Below, piece by piece: positions 18,731 through 29,368 of a stretch of DNA of 64,000 nt. Below the pieces are notes generated by a model that was given only the letters and a program-made list of their open reading frames with translations, searched no databases and was not told the DNA's origin. The stretch is from Arenicellales bacterium. GTDB lineage: Bacteria > Pseudomonadota > Gammaproteobacteria > Arenicellales > JAANXG01. The stretch is from positions 4,141,427-4,205,426 of the forward strand of contig OZ244194.1 of the NCBI GenBank assembly GCA_965216665.1, given 5' to 3'. Both the position numbers and the translations under genes were made by a program. Position 1 is the stretch's first letter. Every line of letters starts with the position of its first letter.

Positions 18731-19566
18731 CGCACCGGCTCCTTGTGCAGCGAGGAATATTGGCTCTGTTGCTTGCGACCGCGGGGGCGCATGCAGCCGG
18801 TCCGGTGGACGGTCTGCCGCCGGAGTTGGCCGAAGATCTCGGGTTTACGCGTACCGCGCCTTCTGGGGGCACCCCCACTCCCGTCACCCTTGGCGTCGGA
18901 CGGGAACGTCGTGTGTCGTTTCCAGCACCTGTGGAGTTGGGCGTGCCGCCCGAACGCCAGGGTCAGCTCAAGATCTTGAACGTCGATCGCACCTTGCACC
19001 TGACGGCGCTGGAGGCATTCCCAAGAACGCCCCTGGTTGCGCGGCAACTTGCCGGCGGTAGATCCTATGTGTTGCACGTGGAAGCGGTGAAAGGGGTAAG
19101 CGAGGCCGCGCCGATTCAAATCGGCAAGCAGGTACAGCCCAAACCCTTGAAGACCACAAGCGCCAAGCTGCCGGGTGGTCCTGGCGGGCGCAGTCGGCAG
19201 AGCGTCTATGCCCGCTACCGTGCGCTCACCCGTGTGGCGGCGCAAGAACTGTACGGGCTCGGGCGCTTGATCCGGTGGCATCGCGCCAAACGGATCGAGG
19301 TGGATGGCGAAACGAACAACTTGCTGCGTGGCGCACAGGTTCACGCCGAGGCAGTCGCCGGTTGGACCGATGGGTCATTGTTCGTGACGGCCGTGGCGCT
19401 GCGCAACCGCACGACCCACGCCATCGAACTCGACCCGCGCGATCTCCGCGGGAGGTGGGTGGCCGTCACCTTTCAGCACACGCGGCTGTTCCCCCGAGGC
19501 GACCCGGCGGACGCCACGACGGGGTATCTCGTCAGTCCAGTCCCGTTTGCCGAGGCGATTCGATGA
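18727..19566 (+). CDS. ICE protein, PFL_4704-family-like
   Basis: Signal peptide MTHRLLVQRGILALLLATAGAHA. It is ATGA-coupled on both sides and has the expected synteny. Confidence 0.6.
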   Translation: MTHRLLVQRGILALLLATAGAHAAGPVDGLPPELAEDLGFTRTAPSGGTPTPVTLGVGRERRVSFPAPVELGVPPERQGQLKILNVDRTLHLTALEAFPRTPLVARQLAGGRSYVLHVEAVKGVSEAAPIQIGKQVQPKPLKTTSAKLPGGPGGRSRQSVYARYRALTRVAAQELYGLGRLIRWHRAKRIEVDGETNNLLRGAQVHAEAVAGWTDGSLFVTAVALRNRTTHAIELDPRDLRGRWVAVTFQHTRLFPRGDPADATTGYLVSPVPFAEAIR

Positions 19567-20831
19567 GTAGCCGCACGCTCATGAGCGCAGCTGCGTTGTT
19601 ACTGTTGGTGTTTTTCGTCTTGAGCGCGCGCAGCTGTTCGCCCGGTGGCCTGTTGAGCCGCGACTCTGAGGATCCACCGGAAGCACAAGCCGCGGTGGGG
19701 GATCACGATTCGGTGCGCGACACCTTACAGACAATCAATCAGCGTATGAAAGCCACCAAGGAGCAGGTGGCCGAAGAACGCGAGATGCGCGTGGCCTACG
19801 AGCAAGGAACGAAAAGCACGTTTGACGCGTTGCGCGAGGAGCTCAGCCGCGCCAAACGGGCGAGCCACGAGCAACTCGACGGGTTACGTCAGGAGTTGCA
19901 ACGACTCACCGAAGGCTTGGCGACATTGTCGGTAAACGCGCCGGTGCCCGTCGGTCAGACCCCGCCGGCCATGAACCTGCTCGATGGGTACACCTGGATC
20001 AAGCCGGTCGGTGCAGCGCTTGCTCCGGCCTCGGAAGATCGCTACCAGAATCCCACCAGGAATGGCTTTCTCCTCGACCGCTTGCCGTTCGGTGCGGAGA
20101 GCATTGACGACCAAGCGGTCCTGCCGGCCATCACGATTCCGGAAAACGCCACCTTGATCGGCGCAACCGCGATGACCGGCTTGTTCGGCCGGGTGCCCAA
20201 AAACGGTGTCGTGCGCGATCCGCTGCCGTTCAAGATCATTACCGGCAGTGAGAATCTCGCCGCGCAAGGCTGGGAGGTTCCTAACCTCGAAAATGCCGTA
20301 TGGCGTGGTGTCGCCAAGGGCGATCGCACGCTCCAGTGTGTGGAGGGCGAACTGATCTCGGTGACCTTCGTGTTCGCCGACGGCACGATCCGCACGGTCA
20401 GCGGCGGGTCGAACGAGAACCGGCTCGGCACCTTGTCCGACGCCACCGGCTATCCGTGTCTGCCGGGCACCTACGTGACGGATTTCCCCAAATACTTGGC
20501 GGCGGTGTCGACCGCCGGCGCCGCGGCCGGCGCGGCCGAAGCGTTCGCTAGCGCCGAGACGACCACCGCCGTAACGAGCACCGGATCGGTGGTCGGGGCT
20601 CTGACCGGTAATACGGGCAAGTTCGTTGCCGGCCGGGCCGGCGAGGACGCGTTTCGGGAAATCGCTCAATTGATCGGCCGGCGCTTTCAGGACACCTTCG
20701 ATGCGGTGGTCATCCAGCCCGGTGCCGAAGTCGCCATGCACCTCGAACGGGCCATCGAGGTCGACTATGAAACCCACGGGCGCCGGATCAGCGCCGTGGA
20801 CGAGGAGGGCCGGTATGTGGATCGACCGTAA
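19563..20831 (+). CDS. ICE protein, PFL_4705-family-like (VirB10/TraB-like role)
   Basis: It has an N-terminal TM anchor, a coiled-coil segment and a C-terminal beta-rich domain, with the expected synteny. Confidence 0.6.
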   Translation: MSSRTLMSAAALLLLVFFVLSARSCSPGGLLSRDSEDPPEAQAAVGDHDSVRDTLQTINQRMKATKEQVAEEREMRVAYEQGTKSTFDALREELSRAKRASHEQLDGLRQELQRLTEGLATLSVNAPVPVGQTPPAMNLLDGYTWIKPVGAALAPASEDRYQNPTRNGFLLDRLPFGAESIDDQAVLPAITIPENATLIGATAMTGLFGRVPKNGVVRDPLPFKIITGSENLAAQGWEVPNLENAVWRGVAKGDRTLQCVEGELISVTFVFADGTIRTVSGGSNENRLGTLSDATGYPCLPGTYVTDFPKYLAAVSTAGAAAGAAEAFASAETTTAVTSTGSVVGALTGNTGKFVAGRAGEDAFREIAQLIGRRFQDTFDAVVIQPGAEVAMHLERAIEVDYETHGRRISAVDEEGRYVDRP

Positions 20832-21204
20832 GGGGATCACACTGGGACTGGCATTGTACCTCACCGCCTGCACCACCCCGTCCCCGAGGGAGGAGATCTT
20901 CCGCAAAGACGCGGTGCCGATGCGCGAGATCTACCACCAGGCCGCCACACTTGGGGCGTACCGGCACTTGGGACGTGTGACCGTGAGCGACCGGATCGGC
21001 CCGGAGCGCGATGCGCGTGCCGGATGGACACGCGAACCAGCGAGTGAGATCCGCAACCGGTTTCCCCAAGGCCCCAACCCGAGCCTCTTAATGTACGTGT
21101 TCCCACACATCACCCCCGACGGCACGCCGATACCCGGATTCACCACACCGTTCAAACTCTACGAGGTCGACTACTATGTGTTACCGGGCGAGGTGAATCC
21201 GTGA
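20815..21204 (+). CDS. Conjugative transfer region lipoprotein
   Basis: Start after GAGGAGGG. Lipobox LGLALYLTAC. The size and position are typical. Confidence 0.65.
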   Translation: MWIDRKGITLGLALYLTACTTPSPREEIFRKDAVPMREIYHQAATLGAYRHLGRVTVSDRIGPERDARAGWTREPASEIRNRFPQGPNPSLLMYVFPHITPDGTPIPGFTTPFKLYEVDYYVLPGEVNP

Positions 21205-24005
21205 ATGCCGCGACCGGTTGGATCACCAAGCTGCGGGGCTTGCCTGCAGGTCGCTCCCGGGCGTCTGCCGTCGCCTCCGGCCCTGTCTTTTCGCTGGGCG
21301 AACGGCTGGGTCTACTGCAGATGAAACGACGCGGTTTGTCCCGGCGCGGCGCGAAGGAGTTGTACCGGCATCCCGAGTCGTTCGTGGACCTCTTGCAATG
21401 TGCCGAGTACGCGCCCGAGAGTGGGTTGTTCGTTCTGAACGATGCGGGCGAATCGGTGGCCGCGCTGTTCGAGCTGCGACCGGTGGATGTCGCGGGCCGG
21501 CCGCCCGAGTTCTTGATCGAGGTGCGTGACCGCATCGTTCAGGCTTTGACGATTTTGCCGGAACGTGATGACAGCCCATGGGTGGTCCAGTTTTTCGTAC
21601 AGGACGAACCGCTGACCGCATTGTCCCATCGTGTTCGTCACTATACGGACGGCTTTCCGCATGGCCGTCCGGACTTTCGGGACGCCTACTTGAAAGAGCT
21701 TGATCGCCATTTCGAGGTCTTGACGCAGCGTGGCGGGCTGTTCGTCGACCGCACCGGCGCGCGTTGGGGTGGGCGTTACCGGCGGGTGCGCATGGTGTTA
21801 TACCGCATGCAAACGACGCGCCGGCATCAGGGCGGATTGTCGCCGGAAGATGAGCTTAGCGATGTCGTGGCGCGACTGAGCTCAGGTCTGGGCGCCGCGG
21901 GTATCCGGCTGCGGATGTGTCAAGGCGCGGACTACTACGAGTGGCTAATGCCGTGGTTGAACCCCAAACCCGAAGGGAGCGAGGATGGGTACGCCTTGCT
22001 GGGGGAGCAACCTTACCCGCGGGAGTTAGACGCCTGCGGGACTGCCTCGACCGAGCGGATTGATCTGGGCGAGGCGGTATTGAAACGCTACCCAGTCTCG
22101 GATCTGGAAAACGGCTTTTGGTGGTTCAGCGACCTCCCGCACACCGCGGTATCCGTGGACCGCTACTTTCGGGTGCTCGCCATCGGCCACTGGACCTTGG
22201 AACGAAACGCGGGCCAAGACCACGCCGTGTTACTCGATCAGCTGCCGGAGGGCAGCGTTGTCGGCACCACGATCGTGATTGCGCCCCAGGATGAGCAAGA
22301 ACTCAAGGTGGAATCGATTTACCGGGCGGCGGTCGGTGGCAGCGCACGAGCCCAACGTACCGGTGAAGACGCCGCTCAGGCCCTGGGACATTTGGCCGAC
22401 GGACGCAAGCTCATGCCGGTTGCGATGCAGGTATTCTTGCACGCCGAAACGGCCGAGGCCCTGGTTGCGGCGCGCACGAAGACCCTCACCATGCTGCGGG
22501 CCGCCCACCTCGATCCCATCGAGTCGGGTGGCGACAGCGTTGCCCTGGACAGCTATGTCCGTCATCTACCCATGGCCTACCAACCCGAATACGACCAGGA
22601 CCTGTATCGCCGGCGCGGTATGTGGGACAAGCAGGTAGTGAATTTGTTGCCGCTCTTCGGCAGCGGGGTCGGCACCGGCAACCCGGGACTCGTTTTTTCC
22701 AATCCCGCCGGTGAGCCGTTGATGTTGGACCCATTGAACGACGCGGACCGGGAGATGAATGCGCATGCGTTGATCCTGGGTCCGACCGGCAGCGGCAAAA
22801 GTGTGCTGCTAAACGGCATGATCGCCGGAATGCTCGCGGTCCACAACCCGTACGTGGTGATCATCGATGTCGGCGGCTCATTTCAACTGCTCGGCGAGCA
22901 TCTGAAGCGACACGGCTACTCGGTGAATCACCTCAAGCTCACGCCGGACAACGACGTGTCGATGCCACCGTTCGCTGACGGCCTTCAAGCGCTCGATCAG
23001 TATTACGGCGTTGGACAGCAGCAAAGCGGAGCAGAGGACGAGCAGCGCGACCTCCTGTCGGAGATGGAGATCGCCGCACGCTACATGATCACCGGCGGCG
23101 TGCCCAGTGAAGAACTGCGTTTTCGGCGTGAGGACATCATGACGGTGCGCCACGCGTTGTTTCGCGCCGCCTGGAACGTCAAGCGTGCAAACCGTAAACA
23201 GGTGATGGTGGAGGATGCGGTCGCGGCGATGCGAGAGCTTGCCGGCGGCGCGCCGTTCGTGGAAAGCGACCAGACCTTGAGCACAGAGCGTCGCGAACGT
23301 GCGGCGCAGATGGCCGATGCCATGAACGTGTTTTCGACGGGCCTCGGGGCGCGGTTTTTCAACCGCCCCGGCGAGTTGTGGCCGGAGTGCGACGTCACCA
23401 TCGTCGATCTCGGCCACCTTGCACGCGACGGCTATCAGGACGCGTTGATCATGACCTACATCGGGTTGATGAACCGGATCAACGACGACATCGAGCGGCG
23501 TCGCGGCGGCGACCGCCAGACGCTCATCGTCAATGACGAAGCGCACATCACCACCACGAACCCGCTGCTCGCCCGGTATCTGGTCAAAGCCTCAAAAATG
23601 TGGCGCAAGCTCGGTGCGTGGTTGTGGATCGGTACGCAGAACTTACGCGACTTCCCGGACGAGTCGGCGACGCTGCTCAACATGGCGGAGTGGTGGTTCT
23701 GTCTGTCGATGCCGAAAGAGGAGGTCGACCAGATCGCGCGTTTTCAGCGGCTCGAGGCCGAGGAACGCAGCATGCTGATCTCGGCGCGCAAGGAGCCGGG
23801 CCGGTTTATCGAGGGCGTGATTCTGTCCAAACGCGTGCGCACCATGTTTCGCAACGTCCCGCCGGCACTCTATTTGGCCCTGGCCCAAACGGAACAGAAG
23901 GAATACGCCCGGCGCCGGGGGCTGATGCGTGAGCACGGCATCGATGAGCTGGACGCCGCATACCGGATTGCCGAACACCTGGATCAACAACGATGCACAA
24001 CGTAA
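21201..24005 (+). CDS. traC: Conjugative transfer ATPase (VirB4/TraC-like, PFL_4706 family)
   Basis: 934 aa with Walker A (LGPTGSGKS) and a Walker B-like motif (LIVNDEAH). It is the largest gene of the module. Confidence 0.85.
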   Translation: MNAATGWITKLRGLPAGRSRASAVASGPVFSLGERLGLLQMKRRGLSRRGAKELYRHPESFVDLLQCAEYAPESGLFVLNDAGESVAALFELRPVDVAGRPPEFLIEVRDRIVQALTILPERDDSPWVVQFFVQDEPLTALSHRVRHYTDGFPHGRPDFRDAYLKELDRHFEVLTQRGGLFVDRTGARWGGRYRRVRMVLYRMQTTRRHQGGLSPEDELSDVVARLSSGLGAAGIRLRMCQGADYYEWLMPWLNPKPEGSEDGYALLGEQPYPRELDACGTASTERIDLGEAVLKRYPVSDLENGFWWFSDLPHTAVSVDRYFRVLAIGHWTLERNAGQDHAVLLDQLPEGSVVGTTIVIAPQDEQELKVESIYRAAVGGSARAQRTGEDAAQALGHLADGRKLMPVAMQVFLHAETAEALVAARTKTLTMLRAAHLDPIESGGDSVALDSYVRHLPMAYQPEYDQDLYRRRGMWDKQVVNLLPLFGSGVGTGNPGLVFSNPAGEPLMLDPLNDADREMNAHALILGPTGSGKSVLLNGMIAGMLAVHNPYVVIIDVGGSFQLLGEHLKRHGYSVNHLKLTPDNDVSMPPFADGLQALDQYYGVGQQQSGAEDEQRDLLSEMEIAARYMITGGVPSEELRFRREDIMTVRHALFRAAWNVKRANRKQVMVEDAVAAMRELAGGAPFVESDQTLSTERRERAAQMADAMNVFSTGLGARFFNRPGELWPECDVTIVDLGHLARDGYQDALIMTYIGLMNRINDDIERRRGGDRQTLIVNDEAHITTTNPLLARYLVKASKMWRKLGAWLWIGTQNLRDFPDESATLLNMAEWWFCLSMPKEEVDQIARFQRLEAEERSMLISARKEPGRFIEGVILSKRVRTMFRNVPPALYLALAQTEQKEYARRRGLMREHGIDELDAAYRIAEHLDQQRCTT

Positions 24006-24424
24006 TGCGCGTTGTCTTGTTGTTCGTTCTCAGTGTGTCGGTGTGGGCCGATGAATTCGTACCCATCCGCATCGAGGTGTTTGTCTTAAGCCACGAGCCG
24101 GTTGAAGGGATTGATCACACCCGCGGGGTGACGGTCTATGCACTGGATGCGGTGGATCAGTGGAAGCGGACACACTTTCCAGTACTGTCGGACACGCCCC
24201 GGAGCGCGGCTGGGCAGGTGCGGACGGTTCTGGAAAACCTGGCCGAGCTCGATAAGGCGAGTTTGCAGCGCGCGTGGCAAGGTCTGCTGAAAGCCCACCG
24301 TTATGGACTCGAACGGATTCCCGCCATCGTGTTGAACGACGGTAAGTCGGTGATCTATGGCACGACGGATGTCAATCTTGCAGTCACCCAATGGCGTCGA
24401 TGGAAAAACGCCGGAAACGACTGA
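23993..24424 (+). CDS. ICE protein, PFL_4709-family-like
   Basis: 143 aa with a signal peptide and the expected synteny directly after the ATPase. Confidence 0.55.
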   Translation: MHNVMRVVLLFVLSVSVWADEFVPIRIEVFVLSHEPVEGIDHTRGVTVYALDAVDQWKRTHFPVLSDTPRSAAGQVRTVLENLAELDKASLQRAWQGLLKAHRYGLERIPAIVLNDGKSVIYGTTDVNLAVTQWRRWKNAGND

Positions 24425-25383
24425 CACTGGCCCTCGTCATGGTGTGGCTCAACGCCGGCGAACCGGGGCACGCCGAAGCGTTCACCACCGCCGATATCGC
24501 GGCTGCGGCGGCGATCGGGATCGATTGCTACGACTATTGCCTCGTCGGGATCTGTGTACAGCTGACGTGCGATGTGTTCGGTTGCCGGGTGTTGCTCAAT
24601 CCACGCATTCGACACCACGCACCGGATCTCGTCGTGAGCGCCTATCCGGAGCCCGGCGAAAATCCGTGGCGCGAAATGCGTGCGGTGCTGGAAGGCCCGG
24701 CGAAAACCGCCGCACAAGCACAAGTCGGAACCTTGGCGGAAGTTCCGGTGGGCGGTGGACCCAACGATACCCCCCGGGATACGGCCGGTGACCCGGAGCG
24801 GGGACGCAAGAGCCGTGCGCTGCATTTCAAGGAAGCCACGGTCATCGGCGCACCGGTTCAGCGCGTGGTGCATTCCCTCCCGATGATGTGTCCGTCTCAT
24901 GTCATCGAGTTTTTCCCGTATTTTCAAAGCGAGTTCGATGCACTCACCTGGCGGTTCGGGGTCGCCGAGCTCGCCTATCCGCAATCCTGGATACCCGGTC
25001 TGCGCGAGATCGGCCCGTGGCCGCTCGGCAGCTGGGGGTCGGTGTACCCCCGGCATGGGTTCGTCACGGCGGTGGAGTCGCCCAAGGCCGCGGCCGTGGT
25101 AGCCCAGCGGGCCATCGACATCGCCACACGATTCGGCCAACCGCACGTCTACATTCCGGCACGGGTCAACGAGAGTGGTGAGCGCCATGACCACTGGCAG
25201 ATGATCAGCCCGAAGCTGGACGCAAAGTGTGAACCGTTCGGCTCGCTGGAAGACTATTCGCCGGGCCGCGTCGCCGAGGACGGCAAGTACGGTTACCTGT
25301 ACTGGCCGACCTATGAGTGCTGTCCGTTGGGACGTGGCATTCTGATCGGTGTCATTCCGATTTCCCCGGTCTGTCTTTTGTAA
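24400..25383 (+). CDS. ICE protein, PFL_4710-family-like (TraU-like)
   Basis: It has a signal peptide and a Cys-rich N-terminal region (IDCYDYCLVGICVQLTCDVFGC), as in TraU-type proteins. Confidence 0.6.
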   Translation: MEKRRKRLTLALVMVWLNAGEPGHAEAFTTADIAAAAAIGIDCYDYCLVGICVQLTCDVFGCRVLLNPRIRHHAPDLVVSAYPEPGENPWREMRAVLEGPAKTAAQAQVGTLAEVPVGGGPNDTPRDTAGDPERGRKSRALHFKEATVIGAPVQRVVHSLPMMCPSHVIEFFPYFQSEFDALTWRFGVAELAYPQSWIPGLREIGPWPLGSWGSVYPRHGFVTAVESPKAAAVVAQRAIDIATRFGQPHVYIPARVNESGERHDHWQMISPKLDAKCEPFGSLEDYSPGRVAEDGKYGYLYWPTYECCPLGRGILIGVIPISPVCLL

Positions 25384-25391
25384 GGAGGCCT

Positions 25392-26705
25392 ATGCGAAAC
25401 GGGCGACAATGGGTGCTAGCGGCGTTAGCAGCAACGCTGACCGTCGGTGTTCAAGCAGCCAGTAGTGTCAGCGAGAACTTGGTGTACTACGAGATCGGTG
25501 GCGCGAGTGCCATCTCGAGACCGGTGACCCGCGGCGACATTGTCGAGGTCGACGCCAGCGTCTACGCCGGCAGCACGTATTCCTGCGGGCGCTTCAATCT
25601 CTTCGACAATGTCGAGTCGCTTCTCGACAACTTCAAACAAGGCGTCGACGATCTGCTCGACGCCATGGTGTTCGCCGCCAAGGGGGCCATTGCTCAACTG
25701 CCGGCTTACGTGCTGCAGCGCGCCAACCCCGGTCTGTATGAACTGTTCCAGAACGCTTTGTGGCGCTACGAGGAAATGGTCCGTTTGGCAATCAAAAACT
25801 GCCGGGAGGCCGAGGCCGAGATCGCGCGTGGTGAGAATCCCTACGACGACTGGATTGTGATCGCTCGCAACACCGAATGGCGCCGGCAAGCGGAACAAAA
25901 CAAGACGGCTACCGAGGCGGATGAAGCGGTTCGGGCCGATGCGCGAAGAAAGGGCGTGATCTGGCGGCACGGTCAGGTGCACGGGGGTGTCGGGCAGCCG
26001 CCGATACACGTGATCGGCGATGTCGCGCGGGCCGGCCATGAAGCACTCACCAGAGGCAATGCGAGTGCCGATGAGCCGGGTCTGGTCGAACACTACTTCC
26101 CCACCGAGGATGAAGCCGCTGAATGGGTGACCGACGTGCTTGGGGAGATAATCATTGATTTCATCGAGGGCGGCGCGCCGAGTCAGAAGGCGGGCACGGG
26201 ATTGGGCCCAAAAATAGACGCGCTCAAGGAAGAAGTCGAGCAAACGCTCGCCGACATGATAGACCAGCGGGGAGCGCGCACCAGCGAAAACTTTCTGCTG
26301 ATCAGTGCCCCCGGCGTTGCCGTCACACCCGAAGTCATTCACGCCGTGCGCACACTGGAATCCGATGAGCGGGGTGCGGTCGTCGAACGCCTGGCCTCGG
26401 AGGTCGCCACCGCACGAATTGTCGAACAAGCACTGGTTGCCCGCCGCCTCCTACGCGCCGGGGTGCGTGAGGCCAACATCGCCGCTACCCCGGCCGGTGA
26501 ACAGATTTATGCGGTGGTGCTGCCGGAGCTCGACAGCGAAATCCAATCCCTGTTCTTCGAGAACGAAATTCGTCATGCCCTGGTCTCTAAAACGGCGTTG
26601 ACTGTACTCAAGGAACGCCGCGCGCGCGACGAGACGAATCCGCGCTCACTACGGGTCAATCGCTCCGACCGGGTTCGTATCGATGGTGGCATTCTAAAGG
26701 AATAA
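25392..26705 (+). CDS. ICE protein, PFL_4711-family-like
   Basis: Start after AAGGAGG. It has a signal peptide (RQWVLAALAATLTVGVQA) and the expected synteny. Confidence 0.6.
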   Translation: MRNGRQWVLAALAATLTVGVQAASSVSENLVYYEIGGASAISRPVTRGDIVEVDASVYAGSTYSCGRFNLFDNVESLLDNFKQGVDDLLDAMVFAAKGAIAQLPAYVLQRANPGLYELFQNALWRYEEMVRLAIKNCREAEAEIARGENPYDDWIVIARNTEWRRQAEQNKTATEADEAVRADARRKGVIWRHGQVHGGVGQPPIHVIGDVARAGHEALTRGNASADEPGLVEHYFPTEDEAAEWVTDVLGEIIIDFIEGGAPSQKAGTGLGPKIDALKEEVEQTLADMIDQRGARTSENFLLISAPGVAVTPEVIHAVRTLESDERGAVVERLASEVATARIVEQALVARRLLRAGVREANIAATPAGEQIYAVVLPELDSEIQSLFFENEIRHALVSKTALTVLKERRARDETNPRSLRVNRSDRVRIDGGILKE

Positions 26706-26709
26706 GTTC

Positions 26710-27060
26710 GTGGTCAAACGGATCGGAATCATCGTCCTCACTGCACTGGTGGCGGGCCTTCTGACCGTGGGGTTCGGCGCGGTGATCCTGAGACAGAGCT
26801 TCCAGGCGGAGTTGCTGGAGTTTTATGGGGGATTACTGCGCTGGCAGTGGGGATTTCTGTTGCTCCGGTACCTGTGCTCGGGCCTCATCATTCTGCAATG
26901 GGGGCGCATCGGCGATTGTCTGGCCCGAAAAGGTCGTTGGTCATCTGAAGATCGGCAAGCTTTTCAAGACTACCGATGGCGTGCGTTGGTATGGATCGTG
27001 TTGCTGGAAGTCATCGTGTTCGGAACGGCGCCGAGGCTGATGGTCTCTGAGGCGGATTAG
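26710..27060 (+). CDS. Hypothetical membrane protein
   Basis: 116 aa with a GTG start and 3-4 TM helices. It sits between the PFL_4711-like gene and traG. Confidence 0.5.
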   Translation: MVKRIGIIVLTALVAGLLTVGFGAVILRQSFQAELLEFYGGLLRWQWGFLLLRYLCSGLIILQWGRIGDCLARKGRWSSEDRQAFQDYRWRALVWIVLLEVIVFGTAPRLMVSEAD

Positions 27061-27065
27061 ACAGG

Positions 27066-28736
27066 GTGTTCGCGGGATCCTACCTGGAGCTCTACACGAC
27101 GCCGATCGGTTGGATCGTCTATGACATCCTGTGGACGGTGATCTCGGTCACGCCACTCATCATGGTCCCGTTCATCCTCATCATCATCCGAAACTGGACA
27201 CAGGCGGTGCGCACCGCGGACATGCGGCCCGCGGTTGCGGTTGCGCTCAAGCGCAGCGAGACGGACCTCATCGCCGCGCTGATTGTGGTCACCCTGGCGG
27301 GCATGCCCTTAATCGACCTCGATCTGGCGTTACTGGAGTATAAGCCTCAGGAATCCTATCTTGCCGAAGGCGCGGTGCCCGCCGTGGTAACGACGAGCAA
27401 CGATCCGACCACCTACCGCAATACCGTCGGACTGGGCTTGGAGAACCTCGGCAGTTCGTTGAACATCGGGAGACCCCAAGTTCCGATTGCATGGGCCATC
27501 ATCATGCGGTTGACCGCCGGGGCCACGTATGCGGTGGTTTCGGGCCTGGACGCCGTATCCTCGCGTGGCGACCTACGCGCAGCCCAAGCGGCGCTTGCAC
27601 AATACACGCTCAATAACCAAACCGTGGGTGCCGAGCTCGGGCAGTTCACCCAGTGGTGTTTCAAGCCCGCGCGGGCAAAGTTGATGCAGTGGGCCTCCGA
27701 CGGGTCGTGGCAAACGAGGCTCCCGCCCGACGCGAAACAGATCCTTGAAGAGGATCCCGACGACATCAATCGCCTCGGCTCACGGGTGTTTCAGCTCACC
27801 CCGGGACTTTACAAGCCCTGCAACAGCACCGATTGCAATGACACGCTCCAAGCACGACGGCCCATCACAGGTTGGCCGTACCATCCTACACGGGACGTCG
27901 GACGGTCGCAGGACGAGCAGGGTTTAGCGGGTCAACCGTATTGTGAGCAATGGTGGACCGATCCCCAACTCGGTATTCGTGAGAAGATCCTCGGCTCCAG
28001 CAATCCACTGCCCAGCGGCGGAATCGTCGAGCGCGCGAATCGAATCATCAATGTGCTGGGTCTGGACAATCCGTTGCACCTGAAGGACGTCCTGGCCGAG
28101 CGCGTGATTCGAAGCTCCTACACGGGTCAAAGCCCGACCGCGGGCGTGTATCAACTCGGCCGGCCGCGGGATCTCACGAGCGTCAGCACGTGGACCTGGG
28201 GGCCGATCAAGGATGCGGCCGCGTTACTGGGGGCCGCCTGGGAGTCCGGCAAGCTTTCGGTCATGCTCGAGTTGCTCAAGACGACGCTTCCGATGGTCCA
28301 GGCGGTCTTCTTGATGGCGCTCTACGCATTTCTGGCGCCAATACTGTTGTTCACGGGTTTCCGTATCAAGGGCGTATTCATTGGCGCGTTCGCGATCTTT
28401 GCGCTCAAGTTCTTGAGCGCTATCTGGGCGATGGCGGAGCTTGTGGATGTGGAGCTACAGAACGCAATATATCCTGAGTTGACCATGGCGGATATCACGA
28501 GCGCAGGAGCTCTGGCGGAGCGGGCGGTGTTCAATATGGTAATGGTAGGTATGTATTTGGGGCTACCAGTGCTTTTTCTCATGACGTTGGGATGGGCAGG
28601 GGCTGCCTTGTCGGCGACCCTGTTCACGGTCGCTGGCGGTTACGCGGGGCTATCGCAAACGCAGTCGGCAGGTAATCAGGGGATTGGACTTGTATCGGGA
28701 GCGGCGACTCGGGCCGCTGCTAGAGTCGGGAAGTAG
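27066..28736 (+). CDS. traG: Conjugal transfer protein TraG (TraG_N-type polytopic membrane protein)
   Basis: 556 aa with multiple TM helices at both ends and a large periplasmic loop. It is the last gene of the transfer operon, as in this ICE family. Confidence 0.7.
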   Translation: MFAGSYLELYTTPIGWIVYDILWTVISVTPLIMVPFILIIIRNWTQAVRTADMRPAVAVALKRSETDLIAALIVVTLAGMPLIDLDLALLEYKPQESYLAEGAVPAVVTTSNDPTTYRNTVGLGLENLGSSLNIGRPQVPIAWAIIMRLTAGATYAVVSGLDAVSSRGDLRAAQAALAQYTLNNQTVGAELGQFTQWCFKPARAKLMQWASDGSWQTRLPPDAKQILEEDPDDINRLGSRVFQLTPGLYKPCNSTDCNDTLQARRPITGWPYHPTRDVGRSQDEQGLAGQPYCEQWWTDPQLGIREKILGSSNPLPSGGIVERANRIINVLGLDNPLHLKDVLAERVIRSSYTGQSPTAGVYQLGRPRDLTSVSTWTWGPIKDAAALLGAAWESGKLSVMLELLKTTLPMVQAVFLMALYAFLAPILLFTGFRIKGVFIGAFAIFALKFLSAIWAMAELVDVELQNAIYPELTMADITSAGALAERAVFNMVMVGMYLGLPVLFLMTLGWAGAALSATLFTVAGGYAGLSQTQSAGNQGIGLVSGAATRAAARVGK

Positions 28737-28739
28737 CGC

Positions 28740-28946
28740 CTACGCCTGTTTGTCGTCAGGGTTATTATTGACGAGCGATGCTGGGTTGCGGGGGTCCAAC
28801 GATTTGGGGCCGACCCAGTTCTCAAAACCGACACCAGTTATGTCTCCGCTCTCTTTGGTGAGATCGGTACTAACCCCTCTTCCGAGGACTCTAATTACCA
28901 AAGCCAGTAGGACAAAAAACGCGATGCCCAACATCCATTCCAGCAT
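28740..28946 (-). CDS. Small membrane protein (68 aa)
   Basis: ATG at 28946 preceded by GGAGG with a 6-nt spacer. It has one TM helix (MLEWMLGIAFFVLLALVIRVL). It is convergent with traG and lies in an AT-richer segment. Confidence 0.5.
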   Translation of the reverse strand: MLEWMLGIAFFVLLALVIRVLGRGVSTDLTKESGDITGVGFENWVGPKSLDPRNPASLVNNNPDDKQA

Positions 28947-29154
28947 GGTCAACCTCCGGTTGTCTTGTAAGGGCATTATATAACGGATACGCGTACTACA
29001 CGATGACTGACGACGAAATCAGAGTGACATCCGGAACCCAAGTTTTGGTGCATGGGGGTAGTATTTTGGTATTTTCAACTGACGATATTGAGAGTAATAT
29101 TTGGTGAGAATTTAAAGACGGTCCGTCTGGCTACACCAGGTGGCCACAGGGCAA

Positions 29155-29204
29155 GGCGTCAGGCTGGTTGAAAGACGTCCTCTGGCATAAGCCAACCGGA
29201 TTTC
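29155..29204 (+). promoter_or_regulatory. Copy B of the conserved pseudoknot-capable element
   Basis: GGCGTC(29155-60) pairs with GACGTC(29174-79). CTGGTTG(29164-70) pairs with CAACCGG(29193-99). An ATTT tail follows. The spacing is identical to copy A. Confidence 0.6.
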
Positions 29205-29368
29205 CTCTCATTTAGGTCCTCTGGACCGATCCTTTCATTCTGTGCGACGGGCTACGGGCTTCCCACGCCCAATACTGTCGCACGCCTTGCTCAACCCTGT
29301 CGGGGATATGACTATCCCTCTTCAGGGGGTTGTTGTGTTTCCGGCAGAACCTATTGGAGGACACAACG

